The notes under the pieces: generated by a model
Database searches by the model: none
Seen by the model: only the letters and a program-made list of their open reading frames with translations
What the model was told of the DNA's origin: nothing
From: Desulfobacterales bacterium
Lineage (GTDB): Bacteria; Desulfobacterota; UBA8473
Assembly: GCA_016209225.1 (NCBI GenBank)
Contig: JACQWO010000092.1
Location: 24,511 to 88,510, forward strand
Direction: 5' to 3'
DNA: 64,000 nucleotides
In this document: positions 25,510-34,534 of the stretch, one piece after another
Layout: every line of letters begins with the position of its first letter
How positions within the stretch are numbered: the first letter of the stretch is position 1
Program-made: the position numbers and the translations under genes

Positions 25510-26991
25510 ATGCGAGTAACATTAAACGAAAATATACTACTCTGGGCGGCAGCAGTTTTACAACCAGCTTCTGCGGCTGATGTTAGAAGTTTTATTGCAT
25601 CAATTTATCCAGAAATTTCACTACTCCCCAATATTGGAGAAATCGAAAATATTTTTTCAACTTGGCGAGAAGAAGGGTATTTACAGAGAGTTCATGGTAA
25701 ATCAAGATTGTATTCAGCAACTTACAAAACAAATTTAAAGCTATCAGTAAAGCTAAGACGAAGCAGGGACAAGTCCCGTCTTTTCTTGCTTAAATCTACA
25801 AGAGCTGCTAATGTGAATGTATCGGGGGTACGAGAACAGGATTCGGTTGGCGATTCGCCATCCACGGAAGGTAGCATAATTTTACAAGAGGGTGCGTGGC
25901 CAATAAAACCGGCCGCTGCTCCTCGGGTTCCTCGGACCACCGGCCGATTTTATTGGCCACGGATCTCAAAGCAACTAAGTATTGAAGTTGGCCCTAGTTT
26001 TTCGTCCCCCGATACATTTTTTAACTATTATTCATTCCCTTCTATCAAAACCATTCATGAGGCTAGTCATAAGCCTGCTTCAGAAAAAGATCTAAGTATA
26101 ACAGATATCTCTTTAGCCATTGGAATAAGTCCGCGGCTCATTACATCCTTTATTCATGCCCCTGAAAACCATTATAGGCAATTTAAAATTGGTAAACGAG
26201 GTGGTGGAGAGCGTGTTATAAATTCGCCTAGAACATTTTTAAAGGTGGTTCAATACTGGATATTAGATTATCTGCTTCATTCTTTGCCTTGTCATCCGAA
26301 CTGTCATTCCTACCAAAAAGGAAAGTCTATTTTGTCTAATTCTCTTCCTCATGTTGGGCAAAAATATTTAGCAAACATTGATATTTCTAATTATTTCCCA
26401 TCAATTAATGAAAAAATGGTTTTCTCTCTTTTAAGAGACAATAATTTTGGAGAACAGTTATCAAAAGCCGTCGCCCGTATTGTCACACTTGAGAATGGTT
26501 TGCCCCAGGGCGCACCAACTAGCCCAATTATTTCCAATGCGTTTCTATGTAATTTTGATGAAATTATGACTCAGCGAGCTTTGTCTTTTAATCTTGTATA
26601 TACAAGATATGCAGATGACATGACTATAAGCGGGGAAAATAAAGAGAATATAATTAGTTTGATAAAAAATTTGTCTGCTAATCTCAAGGATATGGGCCTC
26701 TCCATTAATGAGAAAAAAACAAGGATCGCGAGTCAAGGAGGACAGCAAAAAGTGACAGGCATAGTTGTAAACGAAGTTTCGCAACCACCTCGTACTTATA
26801 GAAGGAACATTAGATCAATGTTTCACCATGCAGAGAGAAACCCAGAATTATTTGCAGACAATATTAAAGTTCTGAAAGGATATATAAGTTATTTGCAAAG
26901 TTTTCCGAATATGCAAGGGAAAAAAGAAATATTCAGATATAAAAATGTTTGTAAAACAATTGAAAAGAATTTTGTCCAACAATCGCATTAG
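25510..26991 (+). CDS. Retron-type reverse transcriptase with an N-terminal extension of about 190 aa
   Basis: 493 aa; FKIGKRGGGERVINSP, LPQGAPTSP, YTRYADDMTISG (YADD), and the retron-specific QKVTGIVVN (VTG). Confidence 0.85.
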   Translation: MRVTLNENILLWAAAVLQPASAADVRSFIASIYPEISLLPNIGEIENIFSTWREEGYLQRVHGKSRLYSATYKTNLKLSVKLRRSRDKSRLFLLKSTRAANVNVSGVREQDSVGDSPSTEGSIILQEGAWPIKPAAAPRVPRTTGRFYWPRISKQLSIEVGPSFSSPDTFFNYYSFPSIKTIHEASHKPASEKDLSITDISLAIGISPRLITSFIHAPENHYRQFKIGKRGGGERVINSPRTFLKVVQYWILDYLLHSLPCHPNCHSYQKGKSILSNSLPHVGQKYLANIDISNYFPSINEKMVFSLLRDNNFGEQLSKAVARIVTLENGLPQGAPTSPIISNAFLCNFDEIMTQRALSFNLVYTRYADDMTISGENKENIISLIKNLSANLKDMGLSINEKKTRIASQGGQQKVTGIVVNEVSQPPRTYRRNIRSMFHHAERNPELFADNIKVLKGYISYLQSFPNMQGKKEIFRYKNVCKTIEKNFVQQSH

Positions 26992-27036
26992 CTCATATAA
27001 ATAAGCATAAGCAATTATTGAAAGGAGGAATATATT

Positions 27037-27240
27037 ATGGATAAGGCTCTTTTAGAAAAAGCATTAGAAATGTCACCGAATGAAAGGGTAGTACTTGCTG
27101 AGTTAATCCTAGCTAGCATCGATCATGAAGAAGATGAAATTCGCGAATTATGGCTTTCTGAAATAAAAGACCGTATAAAAGCAGTCAATGAAGGTAAAGC
27201 AAAATTATTAGATTTTGAAAGGCTATACAATGAAAGTTAG
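27037..27240 (+). CDS. Putative addiction-module antitoxin component (orphan, no toxin gene adjacent)
   Basis: 67 aa; MSPNERVVLAELILASID...LSEIKDRI fits the small alpha-helical antitoxin family usually paired with RelE/ParE-like toxins. Confidence 0.55.
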   Translation: MDKALLEKALEMSPNERVVLAELILASIDHEEDEIRELWLSEIKDRIKAVNEGKAKLLDFERLYNES

Positions 27241-27308
27241 TATTGGATAGTGTTTAAATACTCGGTTCACATTTATGTTTTTTGGACATCCTCAAATAAG
27301 GTAATTCT

Positions 27309-27770
27309 ATGGCAAAGCTATCCATGTACCAACTGTACCATTATCTCCCGAAAACCGATTGTGAGAAGTGCGGCTTTTCATGTATGGGATTCGCTAATCG
27401 CCTTATTTCCAGAGATGTTAGACCGGAGGATTGCCCTTTTCTATTGGAACCGGAGTACTCAGAGTCCCTGACTGAACTGAACAGGCTTCTGGGCCCTGAG
27501 GTTGAGAAAGAGATCACAGGGCTTATAATAGACCAGGAAAAGTGCAATGGATGCGGTATATGTGTTACTGTATGTGAGGTAAATATGGAAAAGAGTCAAG
27601 AGGTAGGAGCGGGGAGAGGTCCTGGCTTTTCAGATGAGGTTGTGTTACGAATAGATAATGGGAAGATTAAGCTGGTTGACCCCCAATCTTGCAGACGGGC
27701 AAACCCCTCTTCCCATATCTGCAGGGCATGTGCGGAACTATGCCCCACAAAAGCTATTAGCCTTGTGTGA
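27309..27770 (+). CDS. Small Fe-S protein: N-terminal CFeSP/CdhE-like 4Fe-4S motif plus ferredoxin-like cluster motifs
   Basis: 153 aa; LPKTDCEKCGFSCMGFANRL...CPF resembles the corrinoid Fe-S protein large-subunit N-terminus; then CNGCGICVTVC and CRACAELCP. Confidence 0.6.
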   Translation: MAKLSMYQLYHYLPKTDCEKCGFSCMGFANRLISRDVRPEDCPFLLEPEYSESLTELNRLLGPEVEKEITGLIIDQEKCNGCGICVTVCEVNMEKSQEVGAGRGPGFSDEVVLRIDNGKIKLVDPQSCRRANPSSHICRACAELCPTKAISLV

Positions 27771-27772
27771 TT

Positions 27773-27895
27773 GTAACTATTCAGGTAGGCACAAAGGCAC
27801 AGAGCACCAAAGGCACAAAGTTAAGAAAAAACAACGAAACGACCCTGCTCTGCTTTGTGCCTATGTGCCTTTGCCACTTTGTGCCTGAGTAGTAC
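27773..27895. repeat. GTAACTAYTCAGG-TIR MITE-like hairpin element, copy 2, inserted between the Fe-S gene stop and fwdB
   Basis: Near-identical arms to 4783-4918; right end cctgagtag-tac has a 1-nt deletion. Confidence 0.6.
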
Positions 27896-27915
27896 TAAAT
27901 AGACGGAGGTAAAAT

Positions 27916-29202
27916 TTGTCGGAAATACTGTATGAATCTGTAGTATGCCCCTCCTGTGGCTGTCTGTGTGATGACATAGATGTAGTCGTTGAGGAGAATC
28001 GGGTAAAGAGCATAAGAAATGTATGCGAATGGGGCATAAGCAAGTTTCTTTTTACCAAGAAGTTCACTCCAAATGTAAAAAGGGGACGGGTAGAAAAGCC
28101 GATGATAAGGGAAAAAACTCTGGTAGAGACCGACTATGAGGCAGCTATCTCCAGGGCAGTGGATATCTTAAAGGGTTCAAAAAAACCCTTGATTTATGGA
28201 CTGACAAACTCAGGGTATAACGCCCAAAAAATCGCACTAAGTATTGCAAGAAGGTTAAAGGGATTGTTTGAACCAAGGGGGGCAGCCCTCTTGAGCTCAT
28301 ATTATGCCGCAATGGGTGATTCAAATTTCTACGTAGCACCTCTGGAGGAGATAAGGAACAATGCCGACCTTATAATATATTGGGGATGCAACCCTATACA
28401 TTCTACCCCAAGACACCTGGCCCGATATTCTGTATATCCAAGGGGGAGATGCAAGGAGAGGGGAAGCCAGGACAGGGTGGTTTTTACTGTGGATGTTGCC
28501 GAAAATGAGATGGGAAAGCTGTCCCGCCGGTTTCTTCAAGTGGAACGGGGCACTGATTTTCTGGTAATGGAAACTATGATGAAATTGCTGAGGGAGGAAA
28601 ACGCTGAAGACTATAAAGGGGATATCGCTACTATAGAAAATATGGTCAGGCAGATGACAAAGGTGTCCTATGGTGCGATATTCTTCGGCATGGGATTGTC
28701 AGCTAAGGATAATGCTGCGAAAAACATTGAGAATCTGATGGCGCTGGTTAAGGAGTTAAACAGGAAAACCAGGTTTGTGATTCTTCCTCTTTATGATGAT
28801 TTCAATACAAGCGGGGTGATACAGCTTCTTATCAGGGAGTTGAAAAGCCCAATGCCGGCGGATTTTTCCGGTGATCACGTCGCCAAAAACAGTAAATACT
28901 CCTTGTTGGAAAACCTCCATGAGATAGACGCTGCATTAGTCGTTGGAGATGACCCATTTTGGTCTCTTCCCTCTGAAAAGTCCGATTTGTTGAAAAAAAT
29001 ACCTATGGTTCTCATCGATCCTTACTGGACAAGGACAACCAACAAGGCCCAGGTGGTTTTCCCAACAGCCGTTACGGGTATAGAAGCAGAGGGGATTGCT
29101 TACAGGATGGATGGTCTGCCCCTCAAATTGAAAAAGGTCCTGGAGAGCGAATACCCATCGGACGAGAGTATATTGGGAGACATATATCAGCGTTTGCAAT
29201 AA
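27916..29202 (+). CDS. fwdB: Formylmethanofuran dehydrogenase subunit B-like (FwdB/FmdB family)
   Basis: 428 aa; N-terminal VVCPSCGCLCDDIDVVVEENRV...CEWGISKF matches the FwdB Fe-S motif; length fits. Confidence 0.75.
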   Translation: MSEILYESVVCPSCGCLCDDIDVVVEENRVKSIRNVCEWGISKFLFTKKFTPNVKRGRVEKPMIREKTLVETDYEAAISRAVDILKGSKKPLIYGLTNSGYNAQKIALSIARRLKGLFEPRGAALLSSYYAAMGDSNFYVAPLEEIRNNADLIIYWGCNPIHSTPRHLARYSVYPRGRCKERGSQDRVVFTVDVAENEMGKLSRRFLQVERGTDFLVMETMMKLLREENAEDYKGDIATIENMVRQMTKVSYGAIFFGMGLSAKDNAAKNIENLMALVKELNRKTRFVILPLYDDFNTSGVIQLLIRELKSPMPADFSGDHVAKNSKYSLLENLHEIDAALVVGDDPFWSLPSEKSDLLKKIPMVLIDPYWTRTTNKAQVVFPTAVTGIEAEGIAYRMDGLPLKLKKVLESEYPSDESILGDIYQRLQ

Positions 29203-29212
29203 AGGAATTCCC

Positions 29213-30613
29213 ATGAAGATAAAGATAGAAGGCGGAAGGCTATACGATCTCAGGAACAACCTGGATGGAGAAGAGAGGGACATCTTCATAGAGGACGGCA
29301 TAATAGTAGAAGGGTTCTCCAGTGCCGACAGGACTATTGATGCCTCTGGAAAAGCCATTATGGCAGGAGGCATAGATGTACACAGTCATATAGCTACCTA
29401 TGGTTTAAACCTGATAAGAGGGACGAACCGCTTTTATTCCCCCAGCGAGATTGGTCATATATACGCTAAAATGGGCTACACCCACGTAAACGAACCCTTC
29501 ATGACCCAGGTCACAGCCAACTACGTTCATCATGAACTGTCCTCAATACCTATATTGGACACCTCCGCCTTTTTGGTGCTGAACCTCAGGGATGTTGAGG
29601 GCAAGATCAAGTCTGCTAAGCATCTTGAAGAGGTTGAGAAGATTATACCCATCATTATTGCCGGCACCAAGGCTATCGGGTTAAAGATATATGAACCCTT
29701 TGTGAAATATGCTGAGAGAAAGTATATTCTGAGAAATGTAACTGCGAAGAAGGTCCTGAGTTTCTTTTCAGGAATGAGCAGGGAAAGTATCCCAAGGATA
29801 ATCATGCATACTTCCCCTGAACTCTTTGGTGAAGAGATTGAAAATCCCGGAGGCTTCCACTTCTCCCATGTTGGGTCAGCCATAGGCAATGAAGAAGCCT
29901 ACCAGAAGGTCTTGAGCTACCTTAACGCAGGGGCAACTATAGATTTAGGGCTATTCGATCTTGAGCAAAACTTAAGGATATCAAATCCTAAACAGACCGT
30001 TGGCGAGGTTTTCGGGAGGGTAGATATGGGGCTTTCAGAGGATATTGTGTTCTCGAAAGGAAAAGTCTCTGGGAGTGAAGCCCCATTTTTTGCCTTTAAA
30101 CTTGCCCTTAGCCAGCCCTCTAATCATATATCTTTTTCCACGGACAGCCCTGCCAATGCCTCATTTGAGGCGTACCCCAAGATATTTTCATGGTTGATGA
30201 AGGCAGAGAATAGGGCTAACCTGTTCGATAAAGAGCTTCCGGAGTTTGAGTACTCCCTCCTGGATATTGCAAGGATTACCAGGCATAATCCTGCATATAT
30301 CCTTGGTTTAAAAAATAAAGGGCATTTAGGGGCAGGGGCAGAAGCAGATATAGCCATCTATGATATTAACGAAGAGACAAAACCGTCTGAACTGGAGGCT
30401 CGCTTTAAAGACTGCGCCTATCTGATAAAGAGTGGCAGTATTGTTGTGGAGGATCATCAGATGGTAAATGACCAGGTAGAAAAGAAGACCTATTACAGAG
30501 GCGTGGAGCCCCTTGATTATGAACCTGCAAAGATTATGACAAGCTACAGCACCTTCCGATTCGAGAACTTTATAGTAGACGAGGTGTTTACCGCTGAAGA
30601 GGTTAAGATTTAA
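29213..30613 (+). CDS. fwdA: Formylmethanofuran dehydrogenase subunit A-like amidohydrolase (FwdA/FhcA family)
   Basis: 466 aa; GGRLYDLRNNLDGEERDIFIEDGIIVE...IDASGKAIMAGGIDVHSHI. Confidence 0.75.
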   Translation: MKIKIEGGRLYDLRNNLDGEERDIFIEDGIIVEGFSSADRTIDASGKAIMAGGIDVHSHIATYGLNLIRGTNRFYSPSEIGHIYAKMGYTHVNEPFMTQVTANYVHHELSSIPILDTSAFLVLNLRDVEGKIKSAKHLEEVEKIIPIIIAGTKAIGLKIYEPFVKYAERKYILRNVTAKKVLSFFSGMSRESIPRIIMHTSPELFGEEIENPGGFHFSHVGSAIGNEEAYQKVLSYLNAGATIDLGLFDLEQNLRISNPKQTVGEVFGRVDMGLSEDIVFSKGKVSGSEAPFFAFKLALSQPSNHISFSTDSPANASFEAYPKIFSWLMKAENRANLFDKELPEFEYSLLDIARITRHNPAYILGLKNKGHLGAGAEADIAIYDINEETKPSELEARFKDCAYLIKSGSIVVEDHQMVNDQVEKKTYYRGVEPLDYEPAKIMTSYSTFRFENFIVDEVFTAEEVKI

Positions 30614-31012
30614 GCATTCAAATTCAAAGTCTTTTTCCAAACCCTGTCAACTGGATTCTATGAACTGTTACGATTTTTCTTGAAATTTATTTGTATATAG
30701 AGTAAAAGTATACAATAGTGTGCTCATCCTCATACTCTAATTGAACCCGAGATTACCTATACTGTACCCAATATCTATAATCTTGCCATGAGAGTGACCT
30801 AGTAATAGTTTTAGGTTCAGATTCACTATTGTATCCCAATTAGGATGCCGAAGATTCCAGATACCTTCCGCAATTTCTATTCTTACATGAGCACGGCAAG
30901 AGAGTAGAACGATCAAAACCACTTTATAACTTCAATAAAGTAGAATTCCCGAGATATTTTTAATTATTCGACGCTTGAGACTAAAGTTTGTCTACTTTAC
31001 TTCTTAACAAAA

Positions 31013-31211
31013 TTGAGAGCTTTGAAAAAGTACCCCTTTTCGCTTCAGCATACATTTTTTGACCCATCTAAGCTCGCTTCATTGAAAATTCACAAACTCA
31101 CCCTTCGGGCTCAAATATGTGAATTTTCTACATTCCGCTCTCTAAGAAGGGTTCCCCAAAAAATCTATACAATTCGCTCTCAGGGAGCTTCTTCAAAGCT
31201 CTCGGTAGGTT
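31013..31211 (+). mobile_element. 199-bp GAGAGCTTTGAA-TIR MITE-like element, copy 3, about 130 bp upstream of cdhA
   Basis: The track ORF 31013-31276 is spurious. Confidence 0.7.
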
Positions 31212-31339
31212 GTGCAAATATCTCAAAAGGGGGTGAATGGAACCGGGAAACTCACAATTTAGTACAGGGTGGATAAAGATTGGCGCTTAGATTTAATATT
31301 TTTATGTTGGCAAATATTTTTAAATAGGAGGGAGAAGAT

Positions 31340-33847
31340 ATGGGAGACGGTTCAGACAAAATGACTGTAACAGTGGGACAGACCAAGATTGATATTGCCA
31401 AAACCGTAAGGGATATTAGAGGAAGGGAGGATCTGGTAAAAGACGCTATTGAGACCACCTGGAATGAAAATCTTGTAAATCAGATGAAGGTATGGCTACA
31501 ACCCTATCCCCATGCTAACGATATGGCAGACTGGGACAGGGTGCTTTTGGAGAGATATGCCCCCCTTTATACTAACGTACAAACAAAGTGTGGTGACTGC
31601 TATCAAGGTCCTTGTGACCTTAGTAAGGGTAGGCGGGGGGCCTGCGGCATAGACTGTGATACATACCAGGCGAAACTCTCTTTACTGACTGCCGGTAAGG
31701 GTCTGGCTTCCTTTGTATCTGATACCCGGGACCTTTTAGACTACTGTGTTAAAAAAAATGGAATAGATGCAGAGGTAAAATGGGGAAAGGCTATGACCTA
31801 CGGTTACATGAATGTCCATGCATTTACAGGAGAGAATATGCATAGCCTGGCAGATGCCAATAAGATTCTCAGTTATGTTGAAGGTCAACTGACAGAGCTA
31901 ATAACCTCGGCCAGCCACGGACATGACTGTGATGTCCTCGATCTGGAAAGCAAGGTACTTCATTCAGGTTCTATGCTGTTAGTTGCCATGGATATTGCAG
32001 AGGCATTAAAGTGGACATTTTTTGGGTTTCTCTGGTCAGGGGATCAAGAGTTGCTGGATGTTAAGGACTATCCTAAGCCTTATACTCAAGTAGGACTGGG
32101 TTCCGTTGATACAACCAAACCGGTTGTTGTATTTGTAGGGAATGATTTTATCCCAGCCTATGAGGCAGTGCAGTTTATAAAAGAAAATAAATTGGAAGAT
32201 AAAATCGAAGTTGGAGGTGTGGGCTCAGCCGGTCACGATATGATTCGTTTCTACGAACCAGCAAAGGTACTGGTAACACCGGTAAAACTGACCAAACTCC
32301 TGCGACTGGGTATTGTTGATGTGCTGGTTGTGAGCGATAGCTGCTGCAAAGTTAACATATTGGAGGAGGCGGCTAAGACGGACACCAGGGTAATCGTAAC
32401 CAGTTTTAAACAGAGTTTTGGCCTCAAGGAGCGGAGTTTTGATTCTGTAGATGACCTGGTTAAGGATCTAACAGAAGCCCCAACAGCGGTTTTGGTCTTC
32501 GATAAGGAGAAGGCAGGGGAGCTAGCCGTTAAAGCAGCGCAGAAGGTAAAGGGAAAAAGAAAAGAAAGCTACCTTCTTTCCGCGGATCAGGTGAAGAAGC
32601 ACGCCTCAAGGTGTGATGGCTGTGATGCCTGCTTCAGGGCCTGTCCCAATAGGATCATCAGCAGTAAGGTGATATTGCCGGCAAAAGACGGTGATTTTTC
32701 CAGGTTAGCGGATCTATGTGATAGCAGCCTCTTCTGCGGAAAATGTGAAGCTGCATGCCCGCAAAACATACCTGTTATGGATATGATCCTGGCATCGAGT
32801 TCGGAAAAGATCAAGGAAGATAACGTCCGCATGCGCGCAGGGAGAGGTTTTATAAGCCAGTTAGAAGTAAGGGATATAGCCATTACAGGGTTTAACCTGC
32901 CGGGTGTTGTAAATATAACCGGGTGTGGCAACTATGCGGGGAGCGATAAGGATGTTGCCTGGCTGACCAATGAATTTGTGAATTCCAATTATGCTGTCAC
33001 CGTTACCGGTTGCGCTGCGCAAGATGCCGCCCGATACTTTAACGAAAAGACCAAGAAGTTTCTCTTTGAGCAATTTCCATCCCTTTACAATCCCAGGTGT
33101 TTAGCCAATATTGGAGGATGCTCTTCCCATGGATTAGCAATGACAACACCCACGTATAAGCTCGGTTATCTCGGTTATAGGTGCCCGTACAGGGCTACCT
33201 TTGAGATGCTGGCCGATTTTATGATCAAGTGGCCTGCTGTTTTGATACTGTGGGGACCTGCCACCGATCTCATGTATACCCTGGCGGCTGCTCATGTTAG
33301 ATCATCTCTTAAGGTGATAGTCGGTCCCAATGGCTCGAATTTCAAGAGATTTTTAATGGGTAATAAATATGATCGAAGCAAATGGTGGTCTTTGCATGGA
33401 CTTAAAAACTATAAGAAGGAGATAGAACCCCTTCCGGAACACCTCATTTACCCGGTAGAAACGAAAGAAGAGGCCGTCACTCAGGCATATAAACTGTGTT
33501 TGACCTTCCAGGAATTTGAAACCACCCGGATGACCAAGTTCGACCTTTGGTTGAGTGCCTACAAGAAGTGGTTTGGCAACACACTGCCTGATGACTGGCA
33601 CCTGTTTGTGAAAAGGGATGTGGAATTGCCGATAACGAAAAAGGCGAAGCTGCTGAGGTTACTGGAAGAGGAACATGGGTTTGAGATAGATAAAAAACGA
33701 GGTCGGATCACCAAGTTCAAACACAGGGACGGCAGGATGCTAGATCCTGGTGAAATGGTTGAGGAATATGGAATGAGAGTAGGCTTGTATACTACCTTTT
33801 TGCCCAGATTGGTTTACAAGATAAGGGCGGATAGGGTAGAGGAATAA
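31340..33847 (+). CDS. cdhA: Archaeal-type Ni-CO dehydrogenase catalytic subunit (acetyl-CoA decarbonylase/synthase alpha, CdhA)
   Basis: 835 aa; CGDCYQGPCDL and CGIDCD cluster motifs, plus two inserted ferredoxin motifs CDGCDACFRACP / CGKCEAACP typical of CdhA rather than CooS. Confidence 0.9.
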   Translation: MGDGSDKMTVTVGQTKIDIAKTVRDIRGREDLVKDAIETTWNENLVNQMKVWLQPYPHANDMADWDRVLLERYAPLYTNVQTKCGDCYQGPCDLSKGRRGACGIDCDTYQAKLSLLTAGKGLASFVSDTRDLLDYCVKKNGIDAEVKWGKAMTYGYMNVHAFTGENMHSLADANKILSYVEGQLTELITSASHGHDCDVLDLESKVLHSGSMLLVAMDIAEALKWTFFGFLWSGDQELLDVKDYPKPYTQVGLGSVDTTKPVVVFVGNDFIPAYEAVQFIKENKLEDKIEVGGVGSAGHDMIRFYEPAKVLVTPVKLTKLLRLGIVDVLVVSDSCCKVNILEEAAKTDTRVIVTSFKQSFGLKERSFDSVDDLVKDLTEAPTAVLVFDKEKAGELAVKAAQKVKGKRKESYLLSADQVKKHASRCDGCDACFRACPNRIISSKVILPAKDGDFSRLADLCDSSLFCGKCEAACPQNIPVMDMILASSSEKIKEDNVRMRAGRGFISQLEVRDIAITGFNLPGVVNITGCGNYAGSDKDVAWLTNEFVNSNYAVTVTGCAAQDAARYFNEKTKKFLFEQFPSLYNPRCLANIGGCSSHGLAMTTPTYKLGYLGYRCPYRATFEMLADFMIKWPAVLILWGPATDLMYTLAAAHVRSSLKVIVGPNGSNFKRFLMGNKYDRSKWWSLHGLKNYKKEIEPLPEHLIYPVETKEEAVTQAYKLCLTFQEFETTRMTKFDLWLSAYKKWFGNTLPDDWHLFVKRDVELPITKKAKLLRLLEEEHGFEIDKKRGRITKFKHRDGRMLDPGEMVEEYGMRVGLYTTFLPRLVYKIRADRVEE

Positions 33848-33873
33848 ACCTTGATGGAAGAAAGGAGACAGAT

Positions 33874-34341
33874 ATGACTGCAACGCCAGTTGATATAGCA
33901 AAGTGCTTAAAGGAAGACAAGAATATACTGTTATTAACGGGGGCACTGTGTGATACCCTTGAGATCGGAGGGAAAAGGCTTGTAGAGTATGCAGGGGAGA
34001 TAGCAGAGTTGGCTGGCATTCCTGTAGCTGCCACCGGCAATACTATTGCCAGCCTGGTAAAAAGGAATATCAAAACCAAGAAGATGTTTGCAGGTGACGT
34101 GATTAACTACATGCGTGTTGAGAAGTGGGAGGATCCTATAGCCCCGGAGAGGCCAGAAACACTGGTATTCATCGGCTACTATCCCCAGTTCTTGAACATG
34201 ATGCTTACCAGCTTAGGAGATAATAAAACGGTGAGTCTGGATAACGTGGCCATTGGGGAGGCGACCATTTCTCTTCCAGACCTGAACCTGGATGACTGGG
34301 CTAAGTTTCTGGATAACGTAATAGGTGAATTGAAGAAATAG
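33874..34341 (+). CDS. cdhB: CODH/ACDS epsilon subunit (CdhB)
   Basis: 155 aa, immediately downstream of cdhA; its size and position fit CdhB. Confidence 0.7.
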   Translation: MTATPVDIAKCLKEDKNILLLTGALCDTLEIGGKRLVEYAGEIAELAGIPVAATGNTIASLVKRNIKTKKMFAGDVINYMRVEKWEDPIAPERPETLVFIGYYPQFLNMMLTSLGDNKTVSLDNVAIGEATISLPDLNLDDWAKFLDNVIGELKK

Positions 34342-34381
34342 CAGATTGCTTTTTCTGTTCGGAATTTCAAACCACTAACTA

Positions 34382-34436
34382 AATAGGGGCAGAAGAGTGG
34401 GGATATATTCCCCCTTTCTGCCCCTATTGTTTTTCA
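34382..34436. terminator. Bidirectional Rho-independent terminator between the convergent cdhB and cusA genes
   Basis: 13-bp stem aataggggcagaa/ttctgcccctatt followed by GTTTTTC. Confidence 0.5.
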
Positions 34437-34534
34437 TTATACCAAAGGAGTTACTTAATTGCCGAGCATGTACAATGGTTCTTAGGATTATAGCGGATTA
34501 TAGGGACCGGATTATTGAGCTAGTACAGCAGCCC

